Position numbers and translations under genes: made by a program. The notes beneath the pieces were generated by a model that saw nothing but the letters and a program-made list of their open reading frames with translations, was not told the origin of the DNA and ran no database searches. A DNA stretch of 64,000 bases from Azolla caroliniana (Eukaryota > Plantae > Polypodiophyta): contig JBHGNT010000021.1 in the NCBI GenBank assembly GCA_043228905.1, forward strand, positions 62,001 to 126,000. The letters are read 5' to 3'. Positions within the stretch are counted from its first letter, which is position 1; each line of letters begins with the position of its first letter. Shown here one piece after another: positions 14,171 through 28,800 of the stretch.

Positions 14171-17100
14171 GTGTCAAAATCTTGATTTTTTAATTCTATA
14201 TCATAGCTAGCGTTGTTAGCTTCGATTCGCATGTTTGAACACAAAAATCCGATATCACACGAGCCAGGTATGAACATTTTAATTTACCTAATAGCTCTTC
14301 TTAACTCCCTCCTCAAATTTGGTAATTTCGTCATGTCTCTCGACCTGAGTTTCATAATCTTGATTTTTTAATTCCATGTCATAGCTAGCGTTGTTAGCTT
14401 CGATTCGCATGTTTGAACACAAAAATCCGATATCACACGAGCTAGGTATGAACATTTTTATTTACTCAAGGGCTCCTCTCAACTCACTCCTCAAATTTGC
14501 TAATTTCGTCATGTCTCTCGACCTGAGTTTCAAAATCTTGATTTTTCAATTCCATATCATAGCTAGCGTTGTTAGCTTCGATTCGCATGTTTGTACACAA
14601 AATTCCGATATCACACTCGCTAGGTATGAACATTTTAATTTACTCAAGGGCTTCTCTCAACTCACTCCTCAAATTTGCTAATTTCGTCATGTCTCTCGAC
14701 CTGAGTTTCAAAATCTTGATTTTTCAATTCCATATGATAGCTAGCGTTGTTAGCTTCGATTCGCATGTTTGTACACAAAATTCCGATATCACACTCGCTA
14801 GGTATGACCATTTTAATTTACTCAAGGGCTCCTCTCAACTCACTCCTCAAATTTGCTAATTCCGTCATGACTCTCGACCTGAGTTTCAAAATCTTGCTTT
14901 TTTAATTCTAGATCATAGCTAGCGTTGTTAGGTTCGATTCGCATGTTTGAACACAAAATTCCGATATCACACTCGCTAGGTATGAACATTTTAATTTACT
15001 CAAGGGCCCCTCTCAACTCCCTCCTCAAATTTGGTAATTTCGTCATGTCTCTCGACCTTAGTTTCAAAATCTTGATTTTTTAATTCCATATCATAGCTAG
15101 CGTTGTTAGCTTCGATTCGCATGTTTGTACACAAAAATCCGATATCACACTCGCTATGTATGAACATTTTAATTTACTCAAGGGCTCCTCTCAACTCACT
15201 CCTCAAATTTGGTAATTTCGTCATGTCTCTCGACCTGAGTGTCAAAATCTTGATTTTTTAATTCCATGTCATAGCTAGCGTTGTTAGCTTCGATTCGCAT
15301 GTTTGTACACAAAAATCCGATATCACACTCGCTAGGTATGACCATTTTAATTTACTCAAGGGCTCTTCTTAACTCCCTCCTCAAATTTGCTAATTTCGTC
15401 ATGTCTCTCGACCTGAGTTTCATAATCTTGATTTTTTAATTCCATGTCATAGCTAGTGTTGTTAGCTTCGATTCGCATGTTTGTACACAAAAATCCGATA
15501 TCACACTCGCTAGGTATGACCATTTTAATATACTCAAGGGCTCCTCTCAACTCACTCCTCAAATTTGCTAATTTCGTCATGTCTCTCGACCTGAGTTTCA
15601 AAATCTTGATTTTTTAATTCCATATCATAGCTAGTGTTGTTGGCTTCGATTCGCATGTTTGAACACAAAAATCCGATATCACACTCGCTAGGTATGACCA
15701 TTTTAATATACTCAAGGGCTCATCTCAACTCACTCCTCAAAGTTGGTAATTTCGTCATGTCTCTCGACCTGAGTTTCAAAATCTTGATTTTTTAAGTCCA
15801 TATCATAGCTAGCGTTGTTAGCTTCGATTCGCATGTTTGAACACAAAAATCCGATATCACACGAGCCAGGTATGAACATTTTAATTCACTCACGCGCTCT
15901 TCCAACCTCACTCCTCAAATTTGGTAATTTCGTCATGTCTCTCGCCTGGAGTTTCAAAATCTTGATTTTGTAATTCCATATCATAGCTAGCGTTGTTAGC
16001 TTCGATTCGCATGTTTGAACACAAAAATCCGATATCACACGAGCTAGGTATGAACATTTTTATTTACTCAAGGGCTCCTCTCAACTCACTCCTCAAATTT
16101 GCTAATTTCGTCATGTCTCTCGACCTGAGTTTCAAAATCTTGATTTTTCAATTCCATATCATAGCTAGCGTTGTTAGCTTCGATTCGCATGTTTGTACAC
16201 AAAATTCCGATATCACACTCGCTAGGTATGAACATTTTAATTTACTCAAGGGCTCCTCTCAACTCACTCCTCAAATTTGCTAATTCCGTCATGACTCTCG
16301 ACCTGAGTTTCAAAATCTTGATTTTTTAATTCCATATCATAGCTAGCGTTGTTGGCTTCGATTCGCATGTTTGAACACAAAAATCCGATATCACACTCGC
16401 TAGGTATGACCATTTTAATATACTCAAGGGCTCATCTCAACTCACTCCTCAAAGTTGGTAATTTCGTCATGTCTCTCGACCTGAGTTTCAAAATCTTGAT
16501 TTTTTAAGTCCATATCATAGCTAGCGTTGTTAGCTTCGATTCGCATGTTTGTACACAAAATTCCGATATCACACTCGCTAGGTATGACCATTTTAATTTA
16601 CTCAAGGGCTCCTCTCAACTCACTCCTCAAATTTGCTAATTTCGTCATGTCTCTCGACCTGAGTTTCAAAATCTTGATTTTTTAATTCCATATCATAGCT
16701 AGCGTTGTTGGCTTCGATTCGCATGTTTGAACACAAAAATCCGATATCACACTCGCTAGGTATGACCATTTTAATATACTCAAGGGCTCATCTCAACTCA
16801 CTCCTCAAAGTTGGTAATTTCGTCATGTCTCTCGACCTGAGTTTCAAAATCTTGATTTTGTAATTCCATATCATAGCTAGCGTTGTTAGCTTCGATTCGC
16901 ATGTTTGAACACAAAAATCCGATATCACACGAGCTAGGTATGAACATTTTTATTTACTCAAGGGCTCCTCTCAACTCACTCCTCAAATTTGCTAATTTCG
17001 TCATGTCTCTCGACCTGAGTTTCAAAATCTTGATTTTTCAATTCCATATCATAGCTAGCGTTGTTAGCTTCGATTCGCATGTTTGTACACAAAATTCCGA

Positions 17101-17529
17101 TATCATACTCGCTAGGTATGAACATTTTAATTTACTCAAGGGCTCCTCTCAACTCACTCCTCAAATTTGGTAATTCCGTCATGACTCTCGACCTGAGTGT
17201 CAAAATCTTGCTTTTTTAATTCTAGATCATAGCTAGCGTTGTTAGCTTCGATTCGCATGTTTGAACACAAAATTCCGATATCACACTCGCTAGGTATGAA
17301 CAGTTTTATTTACTCAAGGGCCCCTCTCAACTCCCTCCTCAAATTTGGTAATTTCGTCATGTCTCTCGACCTTAGTTTCAAAATCTTGATTTTTTAATTC
17401 CATATCATAGCTAGCGTTGTTAGCTTCGATTCGCATGTTTGTACACAAAAATCCGATATCACACTCGCTATGTATGAACATTTTAATTTACTCAAGGGCT
17501 CCTCTCAACTCACTCCTCAAATTTGGTAA

Positions 17530-20500
17530 TTTCGTCATGTCTCTCGACCTGAGTGTCAAAATCTTGATTTTTTAATTCTATATCATAGCCAGCGTTGTTA
17601 GCTTCGATTCGCATGTTTGAACACAAAAATCCGATATCACACGAGCCAGGTATGAACATTTTAATTTACCTAATAGCTCTTCTTAACTCCCTCCTCAAAT
17701 TTGGTAATTTCGTCATGTCTCTCGACCTGAGTTTCATAATCTTGATTTTTTAATTCCATGTCATAGCTAGCGTTGTTAGCTTCGATTCGCATGTTTGAAC
17801 ACAAAAATCCGATATCACACGAGCTAGGTATGAACATTTTTATTTACTCAAGGGCTCCTCTCAACTCACTCCTCAAATTTGGTAATTTCGTCATGTCTCT
17901 CGACCTGAGTTTCATAATCTTGATTTTTTAATTCCATGTCATAGCTAGCGTTGTTAGCTTCGATTCGCATGTTTGTACACAAAAATCCGATATCACACTC
18001 GCTAGGTATGACCATTTTAATTTACTCAAGGGCTCCTCTCAACTCACTCCTCAAATTTGGTAATTTCGTCATGTCTCTCGACCTGAGTTTCAAAATCTTG
18101 ATTTTTTAATTCCATATCATAGCTAGCGTTGTTGGCTTCGATTCGCATGTTTGAACACAAAAATCCGATATCACACTCGCTAGGTATGACCATTTTAATA
18201 TACTCAAGGGCTCATCTCAACTCACTCCTCAAAGTTGGTAATTTCGTCATGTCTCTCGACCTGAGTTTCAAAATCTTGATTTTTTAAGTCCATATCATAG
18301 CTAGCGTTGTTAGCTTCGATTCGCATGTTTGTACACAAAATTCCGATATCACACTCGCTAGGTATGACCATTTTAATTTACTCAAGGGCTCCTCTCAACT
18401 CACTCCTCAAATTTGCTAATTTCGTCATGTCTCTCGACCTGAGTTTCAAAATCTTGATTTTTTAATTCCATATCATAGCTAGCGTTGTTGGCTTCGATTC
18501 GCATGTTTGAACACAAAAATCCGATATCACACTCGCTAGGTATGACCATTTTAATATACTCAAGGGCTCATCTCAACTCACTCCTCAAAGTTGGTAATTT
18601 CGTCATGTCTCTCGACCTGAGTTTCAAAATCTTGATTTTGTAATTCCATATCATAGCTAGCGTTGTTAGCTTCGATTCGCATGTTTGAACACAAAAATCC
18701 GATATCACACGAGCTAGGTATGAACATTTTTATTTACTCAAGGGCTCCTCTCAACTCACTCCTCAAATTTGCTAATTTCGTCATGTCTCTCGACCTGAGT
18801 TTCAAAATCTTGATTTTTCAATTCCATATCATAGCTAGCGTTGTTAGCTTCGATTCGCATGTTTGTACACAAAATTCCGATATCACACTCGCTAGGTATG
18901 AACATTTTAATTTACTCAAGGGCTCCTCTCAACTCACTCCTCAAATTTGCTAATTCCGTCATGACTCTCGACCTGAGTTTCAAAATCTTGATTTTTTAAT
19001 TCCATATCATAGCTAGCGTTGTTGGCTTCGATTCGCATGTTTGAACACAAAAATCCGATATCACACTCGCTAGGTATGACCATTTTAATATACTCAAGGG
19101 CTCATCTCAACTCACTCCTCAAAGTTGGTAATTTCGTCATGTCTCTCGACCTGAGTTTCAAAATCTTGATTTTTTAAGTCCATATCACAGCTAGCGTTGT
19201 TAGCTTCGATTCGCATGGTTGAACACAAAAATCCGATATCACACGAGCCAGGTATGAACATTTTAATTCACTCACGCGCTCTTCCAACCTCACTCCTCAA
19301 ATTTGGTAATTTCGTCATGTCTCTCCCCTGGAGTTTCAAAATCTTGATTTTGTAATTCCATATCATAGCTAGCGTTGTTAGCTTCGATTCGCATGTTTGA
19401 ACACAAAAATCCGATATCACACGAGCTAGGTATGAACATTTTTATTTACTCAAGGGCTCCTCTCAACTCACTCCTCAAATTTGCTAATTTCGTCATGTCT
19501 CTCGACCTGAGTTTCAAAATCTTGATTTTTCAATTCCATATCATAGCTAGCGTTGTTAGCTTCGATTCGCATGTTTGTACACAAAATTCCGATATCACAC
19601 TCGCTAGGTATGAACATTTTAATTTACTCAAGGGCTCCTCTCAACTCACTCCTCAAATTTGGTAATTTCGTCATGTCTCTCGACCTGAGTGTCAAAATCT
19701 TGATTTTTTAATTCTATATCATAGCCAGCGTTGTTAGCTTCGATTCGCATGTTTGAACACAAAAATCCGATATCACACGAGCCAGGTATGAACATTTTAA
19801 TTTACCTAATAGCTCTTGTTAACTCCCTCCTCAAATTTGGTAATCTCGTCATGTCTCTCGACCTGAGTTTCAAAATCTTGATTTTTTAAGTCCATATCAC
19901 AGCTAGCGTTGTTAGCTTCGATTCGCATGTTTGAACACAAAAATCCGATATCACACGAGCCAGGTATGAACATTTTAATTCACTCACGCGCTCTTCCAAC
20001 CTCACTCCTCAAATTTGCTAATTTCGTCATGTCTCTCGACCTGAGTTTCAAAATCTTGATTTTTCAATTCCATATCATAGCTAGCGTTGTTAGCTTCGAT
20101 TCGCATGTTTGTACACAAAATTCCGATATCACACTCGCTAGGTATGAACATTTTAATTTACTCAAGGGCTTCTCTCAACTCACTCCTCAAATTTGCTAAT
20201 TTCGTCATGTCTCTCGACCTGAGTTTCAAAATCTTGATTTTTCAATTCCATATGATAGCTAGCGTTGTTAGCTTCGATTCGCATGTTTGTACACAAAAAT
20301 CCGATATCACACTCGCTAGGTATGACCCTTTTAATTTACTCAAGGGCTCCTCTCAACTCACTCCTCAAATTTGCTAATTCCGTCATGACTCTCGACCTGA
20401 GTTTCAAAATCTTCCTTTTTTAATTCTAGATCATAGCTAGCGTTGTTGGCTTCGATTCGCATGTTTGAACACAAAAATCCGATATCACACTCGCTAGGTA

Positions 20501-23500
20501 TGACCATTTTAATATACTCAAGGGCTCATCTCAACTCACTCCTCAAAGTTGGTAATTTCGTCATGTCTCTCGACCTGAGTTTCAAAATCTTGATTTTTTA
20601 AGTCCATATCACAGCTAGCGTTGTTAGCTTCGATTCGCATGTTTGAACACAAAAATCCGATATCACACGAGCCAGGTATGAACATTTTAATTCACTCACG
20701 CGCTCTTCCAACCTCACTCCTCAAATTTGGTAATTTCGTCATGTCTCTCGCCTGGAGTTTCAAAATCTTGATTTTGTAATTCCATATCATAGCTAGCGTT
20801 GTTAGCTTCGATTCGCATGTTTCAACACAAAAATCCGATATCACACGAGCTAGGTATGAACATTTTTATTTACTCAAGGGCTCCTCTCAACTCACTCCTC
20901 AAATTTGCTAATTTCGTCATGTCTCTCGACCTGAGTTTCAAAATCTTGATTTTTCAATTCCATATCATAGCTAGCGTTGTTAGCTTCGATTCGCATGTTT
21001 GTACACAAAATTCCGATATCACACTCGCTAGGTATGAACATTTTAATTTACTCAAGGGCTTCTCTCAACTCACTCCTCAAATTTGCTAATTTCGTCATGT
21101 CTCTCGACCTGAGTTTCAAAATCTTGATTTTTCAATTCCATATGATAGCTAGCGTTGTTAGCTTCGATTCGCATGTTTGTACACAAAAATCCGATATCAC
21201 ACTCGCTAGGTATGACCCTTTTAATTTACTCAAGGGCTCCTCTCAACTCACTCCTCAAATTTGCTAATTCCGTCATGACTCTCGACCTGAGTTTCAAAAT
21301 CTTCCTTTTTTAATTCTAGATCATAGCTAGCGTTGTTGGCTTCGATTCGCATGTTTGAACACAAAAATCTGATATCACACTCGCTAGGTATGACCATTTT
21401 AATATACTCAAGGGCTCATCTCAACTCACTCCTCAAAGTTGGTAATTTCGTCATGTCTCTCGACCTGAGTTTCAAAATCTTGATTTTTTAAGTCCATATC
21501 ACAGCTAGCGTTGTTAGCTTCGATTCGAATGTTTGAACACAAAAATCCGATATCACACGAGCCAGGTATGAACATTTTAATTCACTCACGCGCTCTTCCA
21601 ACCTCACTCCTCAAATTTGGTAATTTCGTCATGTCTCTCGCCTGGAGTTTCAAAATCTTGATTTTGTAATTCCATATCATAGCTAGCGTTGTTAGCTTCG
21701 ATTCGCATGTTTCAACACAAAAATCCGATATCACACGAGCTAGGTATGAACATTTTTATTTACTCAAGGGCTCCTCTCAACTCACTCCTCAAATTTGGTA
21801 ATTTCGTCATGTCTCTCGACCTGAGTGTCATAATCTTGATTTTTTAATTCCATGTCATAGCTAGCGTTGTTAGCTTCGATTCGCATGTTTGTACACAAAA
21901 ATCCGATATCACACTCGCTAGGTATGACCATTTTAATTTACTCAAGGGCTCCTCTCAACTCACTCCTCAAATTTGGTAATTTCGTCATGTCTCTCGACCT
22001 GAGTTTCAAAATCTTGATTTTTTAATTCCATATCATAGCTAGCGTTGTTGGCTTCGATTCGCATGTTTGAACACAAAAATCCGATATCACACTCGCTAGG
22101 TATGACCATTTTAATATACTCAAGGGCTCATCTCAACTCACTCCTCAAAGTTGGTAATTTCGTCATGTCTCTCGACCTGAGTTTCAAAATCTTGATTTTT
22201 TAAGTCCATATCATAGCTAGCGTTGTTAGCTTCAATTCGCATGTTTGAACACAAAAATCCGATATCACACGAGCCAGGTATGAACATTTTAATTCACTCA
22301 CGCGCTCTTCCAACCTCACTCCTCAAATTTGGTAATTTCGTCATGTCTCTCGCCTGGAGTTTCAAAATCTTGATTTGTAATTCCATATCATAGCTAGCGT
22401 TGTTAGCTTCGATTCGCATGTTTGAACACAAAAATCCGATATCACACGAGCTAGGTATGAACATTTTTATTTACTCAAGGGCTCCTCTCAACTCACTCCT
22501 CAAATTTGCTAATTTCGTCATGTCTCTCGACCTGAGTTTCAAAATCTTGATTTTTCAATTCCATATCATAGCTAGCGTTGTTAGCTTCGATTCGCATGTT
22601 TGTACACAAAATTCCGATATCACACTCGCTAGGTATGAACATTTTAATTTACTCAAGGGCTCCTCTCAACTCACTCCTCAAATTTGCTAATTCCGTCATG
22701 ACTCTCGACCTGAGTTTCAAAATCTTGATTTTTTAATTCCATATCATAGCTAGCGTTGTTGGCTTCGATTCGCATGTTTGAACACAAAAATCCGATATCA
22801 CACTCGCTAGGTATGACCATTTTAATATACTCAAGGGCTCATCTCAACTCACTCCTCAAAGTTGGTAATTTCGTCATGTCTCTCGACCTGAGTGTCAAAA
22901 TCTTGATTTTTTAATTCTATATCATAGCCAGCGTTGTTAGCTTCGATTCGCATGTTTGAACACAAAAATCCGATATCACACGAGCCAGGTATGAACATTT
23001 TAATTTACCTAATAGCTCTTCTTAACTCCCTCCTCAAATTTGGTAATTTCGTCATGTCTCTCGACCTGAGTTTCATAATCTTGATTTTTTAATTCCATGT
23101 CATAGCTAGCGTTGTTAGCTTCGATTCGCATGTTTGAACACAAAAATCCGATATCACACGAGCTAGGTATGAACATTTTTATTTACTCAAGGGCTCCTCT
23201 CAACTCACTCCTCAAATTTGGTAATTTCGTCATGTCTCTCGACCTGAGTTTCATAATCTTGATTTTTTAATTCCATGTCATAGCTAGCGTTGTTAGCTTC
23301 GATTCGCATGTTTGTACACAAAAATCCGATATCACACTCGCTAGGTATGACCATTTTAATTTACTCAAGGGCTCCTCTCAACTCACTCCTCAAATTTGGT
23401 AATTTCGTCATGTCTCTCGACCTGAGTTTCAAAATCTTGATTTTTTAATTCCATATCATAGCTAGCGTTGTTGGCTTCGATTCGCATGTTTGAACACAAA

Positions 23501-25665
23501 AATCCGATATCACACTCGCTAGGTATGACCATTTTAATATACTCAAGGGCTCATCTCAACTCACTCCTAAAAGTTGGTAATTTCGTCATGTCTCTCGACC
23601 TGAGTTTCAAAATCTTGATTTTTTAAGTCCATATCATAGCTAGCGTTGTTAGCTTCGATTCGCATGTTTGTACACAAAATTCCGATATCACACTCGCTAG
23701 GTATGACCATTTTAATTTACTCAAGGGCTCCTCTCAACTCACTCCTCAAATTTGCTAATTTCGTCATGTCTCTCGACCTGAGTTTCAAAATCTTGATTTT
23801 TTAATTCCATATCATAGCTAGCGTTGTTGGCTTCGATTCGCATGTTTGAACACAAAAATCCGATATCACACTCGCTAGGTATGACCATTTTAATATACTC
23901 AAGGGCTCATCTCAACTCACTCCTCAAAGTTGGTAATTTCGTCATGTCTCTCGACCTGAGTTTCAAAATCTTGATTTTGTAATTCCATATCATAGCTAGC
24001 GTTGTTAGCTTCGATTCGCATGTTTGAACACAAAAATCCGATATCACACGAGCTAGGTATGAACATTTTTATTTACTCAAGGGCTCCTCTCAACTCACTC
24101 CTCAAATTTGCTAATTTCGTCATGTCTCTCGACCTGAGTTTCAAAATCTTGATTTTTCAATTCCATATCATAGCTAGCGTTGTTAGCTTCGATTCGCATG
24201 TTTGTACACAAAATTCCGATATCACACTCGCTAGGTATGAACATTTTAATTTACTCAAGGGCTCCTCTCAACTCACTCCTCAAATTTGCTAATTCCGTCA
24301 TGACTCTCGACCTGAGTTTCAAAATCTTGATTTTTTAATTCCATATCATAGCTAGCGTTGTTGGCTTCGATTCGCATGTTTGAACACAAAAATCCGATAT
24401 CACACTCGCTAGGTATGACCATTTTAATATACTCAAGGGCTCATCTCAACTCACTCCTCAAAGTTGGTAATTTCGTCATGTCTCTCGACCTGAGTTTCAA
24501 AATCTTGATTTTTTAAGTCCATATCACAGCTAGCGTTGTTAGCTTCGATTCGCATGGTTGAACACAAAAATCCGATATCACACGAGCCAGGTATGAACAT
24601 TTTAATTCACTCACGCGCTCTTCCAACCTCACTCCTCAAATTTGGTAATTTCGTCATGTCTCTCCCCTGGAGTTTCAAAATCTTGATTTTGTAATTCCAT
24701 ATCATAGCTAGCGTTGTTAGCTTCGATTCGCATGTTTGAACACAAAAATCCGATATCACACGAGCTAGGTATGAACATTTTTATTTACTCAAGGGCTCCT
24801 CTCAACTCACTCCTCAAATTTGCTAATTTCGTCATGTCTCTCGACCTGAGTTTCAAAATCTTGATTTTTCAATTCCATATCATAGCTAGCGTTGTTAGCT
24901 TCGATTCGCATGTTTGTACACAAAATTCCGATATCACACTCGCTAGGTATGAACATTTTAATTTACTCAAGGGCTCCTCTCAACTCACTCCTCAAATTTG
25001 GTAATTTCGTCATGTCTCTCGACCTGAGTGTCAAAATCTTGATTTTTTAATTCTATATCATAGCCAGCGTTGTTAGCTTCGATTCGCATGTTTGAACACA
25101 AAAATCCGATATCACACGAGCCAGGTATGAACATTTTAATTTACCTAATAGCTCTTGTTAACTCCCTCCTCAAATTTGGTAATCTCGTCATGTCTCTCGA
25201 CCTGAGTTTCAAAATCTTGATTTTTTAAGTCCATATCACAGCTAGCGTTGTTAGCTTCGATTCGCATGTTTGAACACAAAAATCCGATATCACACGAGCC
25301 AGGTATGAACATTTTAATTCACTCACGCGCTCTTCCAACCTCACTCCTCAAATTTGCTAATTTCGTCATGTCTCTCGACCTGAGTTTCAAAATCTTGATT
25401 TTTCAATTCCATATCATAGCTAGCGTTGTTAGCTTCGATTCGCATGTTTGTACACAAAATTCCGATATCACACTCGCTAGGTATGAACATTTTAATTTAC
25501 TCAAGGGCTTCTCTCAACTCACTCCTCAAATTTGCTAATTTCGTCATGTCTCTCGACCTGAGTTTCAAAATCTTGATTTTTCAATTCCATATGATAGCTA
25601 GCGTTGTTAGCTTCGATTCGCATGTTTGTACACAAAAATCCGATATCACACTCGCTAGGTATGAA
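17530..25665. repeat. Higher-order duplication, 30-monomer offset (5339 bp = 30x178-1); about 17530-20325 vs 22870-25665
   Basis: Rare variants GCATGGTTG (~19213/24552), CTCTCCCCTGG (19321/24660), GCTCTTGTTAA (19812/25151); ORF pairs 18663/24002, 19375/24714, 19909/25248. Confidence 0.9.
20010..21795. repeat. Tandem 5-mer duplication (890 bp)
   Basis: TTCAACACAA at 20821/21711; CTTCCTTTTT at 20411/21301; ORFs 20087/20977. Confidence 0.85.
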
Positions 25666-28600
25666 CATTTTAATTTACTCAAGGGCTCCTCTCAACTCAC
25701 TCCTCAAATTTGGTAATTTCGTCATGTCTCTCGACCTGAGTTTCAAAATCTTGATTTTTTAATTCCATATCATAGCTAGCGTTGTTGGCTTCGATTCGCA
25801 TGTTTGAACACAAAAATCCGATATCACACTCGCTAGGTATGACCATTTTAATATACTCAAGGGCTCATCTCAACTCACTCCTCAAAGTTGGTAATTTCGT
25901 CATGTCTCTCGACCTGAGTTTCAAAATCTTGATTTTTTAAGTCCATATCATAGCTAGCGTTGTTAGCTTCAATTCGCATGTTTGAACACAAAAATCCGAT
26001 ATCACACGAGCCAGGTATGAACATTTTAATTCACTCACGCGCTCTTCCAACCTCACTCCTCAAATTTGGTAATTTCGTCATGTCTCTCGCCTGGAGTTTC
26101 AAAATCTTGATTTTGTAATTCCATATCATAGCTAGCGTTGTTAGCTTCGATTCGCATGTTTGAACACAAAAATCCGATATCACACGAGCTAGGTATGAAC
26201 ATTTTTATTTACTCAAGGGCTCCTCTCAACTCACTCCTCAAATTTGCTAATTTCGTCATGTCTCTCGACCTGAGTTTCAAAATCTTGATTTTTCAATTCC
26301 ATATCATAGCTAGCGTTGTTAGCTTCGATTCGCATGTTTGTACACAAAATTCCGATATCACACTCGCTAGGTATGAACATTTTAATTTACTCAAGGGCTC
26401 CTCTCAACTCACTCCTCAAATTTGCTAATTCCGTCATGACTCTCGACCTGAGTTTCAAAATCTTGATTTTTTAATTCCATATCATAGCTAGCGTTGTTGG
26501 CTTCGATTCGCATGTTTGAACACAAAAATCCGATATCACACTCGCTAGGTATGACCATTTTAATATACTCAAGGGCTCATCTCAACTCACTCCTCAAAGT
26601 TGGTAATTTCGTCATGTCTCTCGACCTGAGTGTCAAAATCTTGATTTTTTAATTCTATATCATAGCCAGCGTTGTTAGCTTCGATTCGCATGTTTGAACA
26701 CAAAAATCCGATATCACACGAGCCAGGTATGAACATTTTAATTTACCTAATAGCTCTTCTTAACTCCCTCCTCAAATTTGGTAATTTCGTCATGTCTCTC
26801 GACCTGAGTTTCATAATCTTGATTTTTTAATTCCATGTCATAGCTAGCGTTGTTAGCTTCGATTCGCATGTTTGAACACAAAAATCCGATATCACACGAG
26901 CTAGGTATGAACATTTTTATTTACTCAAGGGCTCCTCTCAACTCACTCCTCAAATTTGGTAATTTCGTCATGTCTCTCGACCTGAGTTTCATAATCTTGA
27001 TTTTTTAATTCCATGTCATAGCTAGCGTTGTTAGCTTCGATTCGCATGTTTGTACACAAAAATCCGATATCACACTCGCTAGGTATGACCATTTTAATTT
27101 ACTCAAGGGCTCATCTCAACTCACTCCTCAAAGTTGGTAATTTCGTCATGTCTCTCGACCTGAGTTTCAAAATCTTGATTTTTTAATTCCATATCATAGC
27201 TAGCGTTGTTGGCTTCGATTCGCATGTTTGAACACAAAAATCCGATATCACACTCGCTAGGTATGACCATTTTAATATACTCAAGGGCTCATCTCAACTC
27301 ACTCCTCAAAGTTGGTAATTTCGTCATGTCTCTCGACCTGAGTTTCAAAATCTTGATTTTTTAAGTCCATATCATAGCTAGCGTTGTTAGCTTCGATTCG
27401 CATGTTTGTACACAAAATTCCGATATCACACTCGCTAGGTATGACCATTTTAATTTACTCAAGGGCTCCTCTCAACTCACTCCTCAAATTTGCTAATTTC
27501 GTCATGTCTCTCGACCTGAGTTTCAAAATCTTGATTTTTTAATTCCATATCATAGCTAGCGTTGTTGGCTTCGATTCGCATGTTTGAACACAAAAATCCG
27601 ATATCACACTCGCTAGGTATGACCATTTTAATATACTCAAGGGCTCATCTCAACTCACTCCTCAAAGTTGGTAATTTCGTCATGTCTCTCGACCTGAGTT
27701 TCAAAATCTTGATTTTGTAATTCCATATCATAGCTAGCGTTGTTAGCTTCGATTCGCATGTTTGAACACAAAAATCCGATATCACACGAGCTAGGTATGA
27801 ACATTTTTATTTACTCAAGGGCTCCTCTCAACTCACTCCTCAAATTTGCTAATTTCGTCATGTCTCTCGACCTGAGTTTCAAAATCTTGATTTTTCAATT
27901 CCATATCATAGCTAGCGTTGTTAGCTTCGATTCGCATGTTTGTACACAAAATTCCGATATCACACTCGCTAGGTATGAACATTTTAATTTACTCAAGGGC
28001 TCCTCTCAACTCACTCCTCAAATTTGCTAATTCCGTCATGACTCTCGACCTGAGTTTCAAAATCTTGATTTTTTAATTCCATATCATAGCTAGCGTTGTT
28101 GGCTTCGATTCGCATGTTTGAACACAAAAATCCGATATCACACTCGCTAGGTATGACCATTTTAATATACTCAAGGGCTCATCTCAACTCACTCCTCAAA
28201 GTTGGTAATTTCGTCATGTCTCTCGACCTGAGTTTCAAAATCTTGATTTTTTAAGTCCATATCACAGCTAGCGTTGTTAGCTTCGATTCGCATGTTTGAA
28301 CACAAAAATCCGATATCACACGAGCCAGGTATGAACATTTTAATTCACTCACGCGCTCTTCCAACCTCACTCCTCAAATTTGGTAATTTCGTCATGTCTC
28401 TCGCCTGGAGTTTCAAAATCTTGATTTTGTAATTCCATATCATAGCTAGCGTTGTTAGCTTCGATTCGCATGTTTGAACACAAAAATCCGATATCACACG
28501 AGCTAGGTATGAACATTTTTATTTACTCAAGGGCTCCTCTCAACTCACTCCTCAAATTTGCTAATTTCGTCATGTCTCTCGACCTGAGTTTCAAAATCTT

Positions 28601-28800
28601 GATTTTTCAATTCCATATCATAGCTAGCGTTGTTAGCTTCGATTCGCATGTTTGTACACAAAATTCCGATATCACACTCGCTAGGTATGAACATTTTAAT
28701 TTACTCAAGGGCTCCTCTCAACTCACTCCTCAAATTTGGTAATTTCGTCATGTCTCTCGACCTGAGTGTCAAAATCTTGATTTTTTAATTCTATATCATA
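21940..28800. repeat. Higher-order duplication, 21-monomer offset (3738 bp); about 21940-25060 vs 25680-28800
   Basis: ORF pairs 22400/26138, 24002/27740, 24714/28452; TTCAATTCGC at 22231/25968 (3737 bp because of the 1-bp deletion near 22375). Confidence 0.85.
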
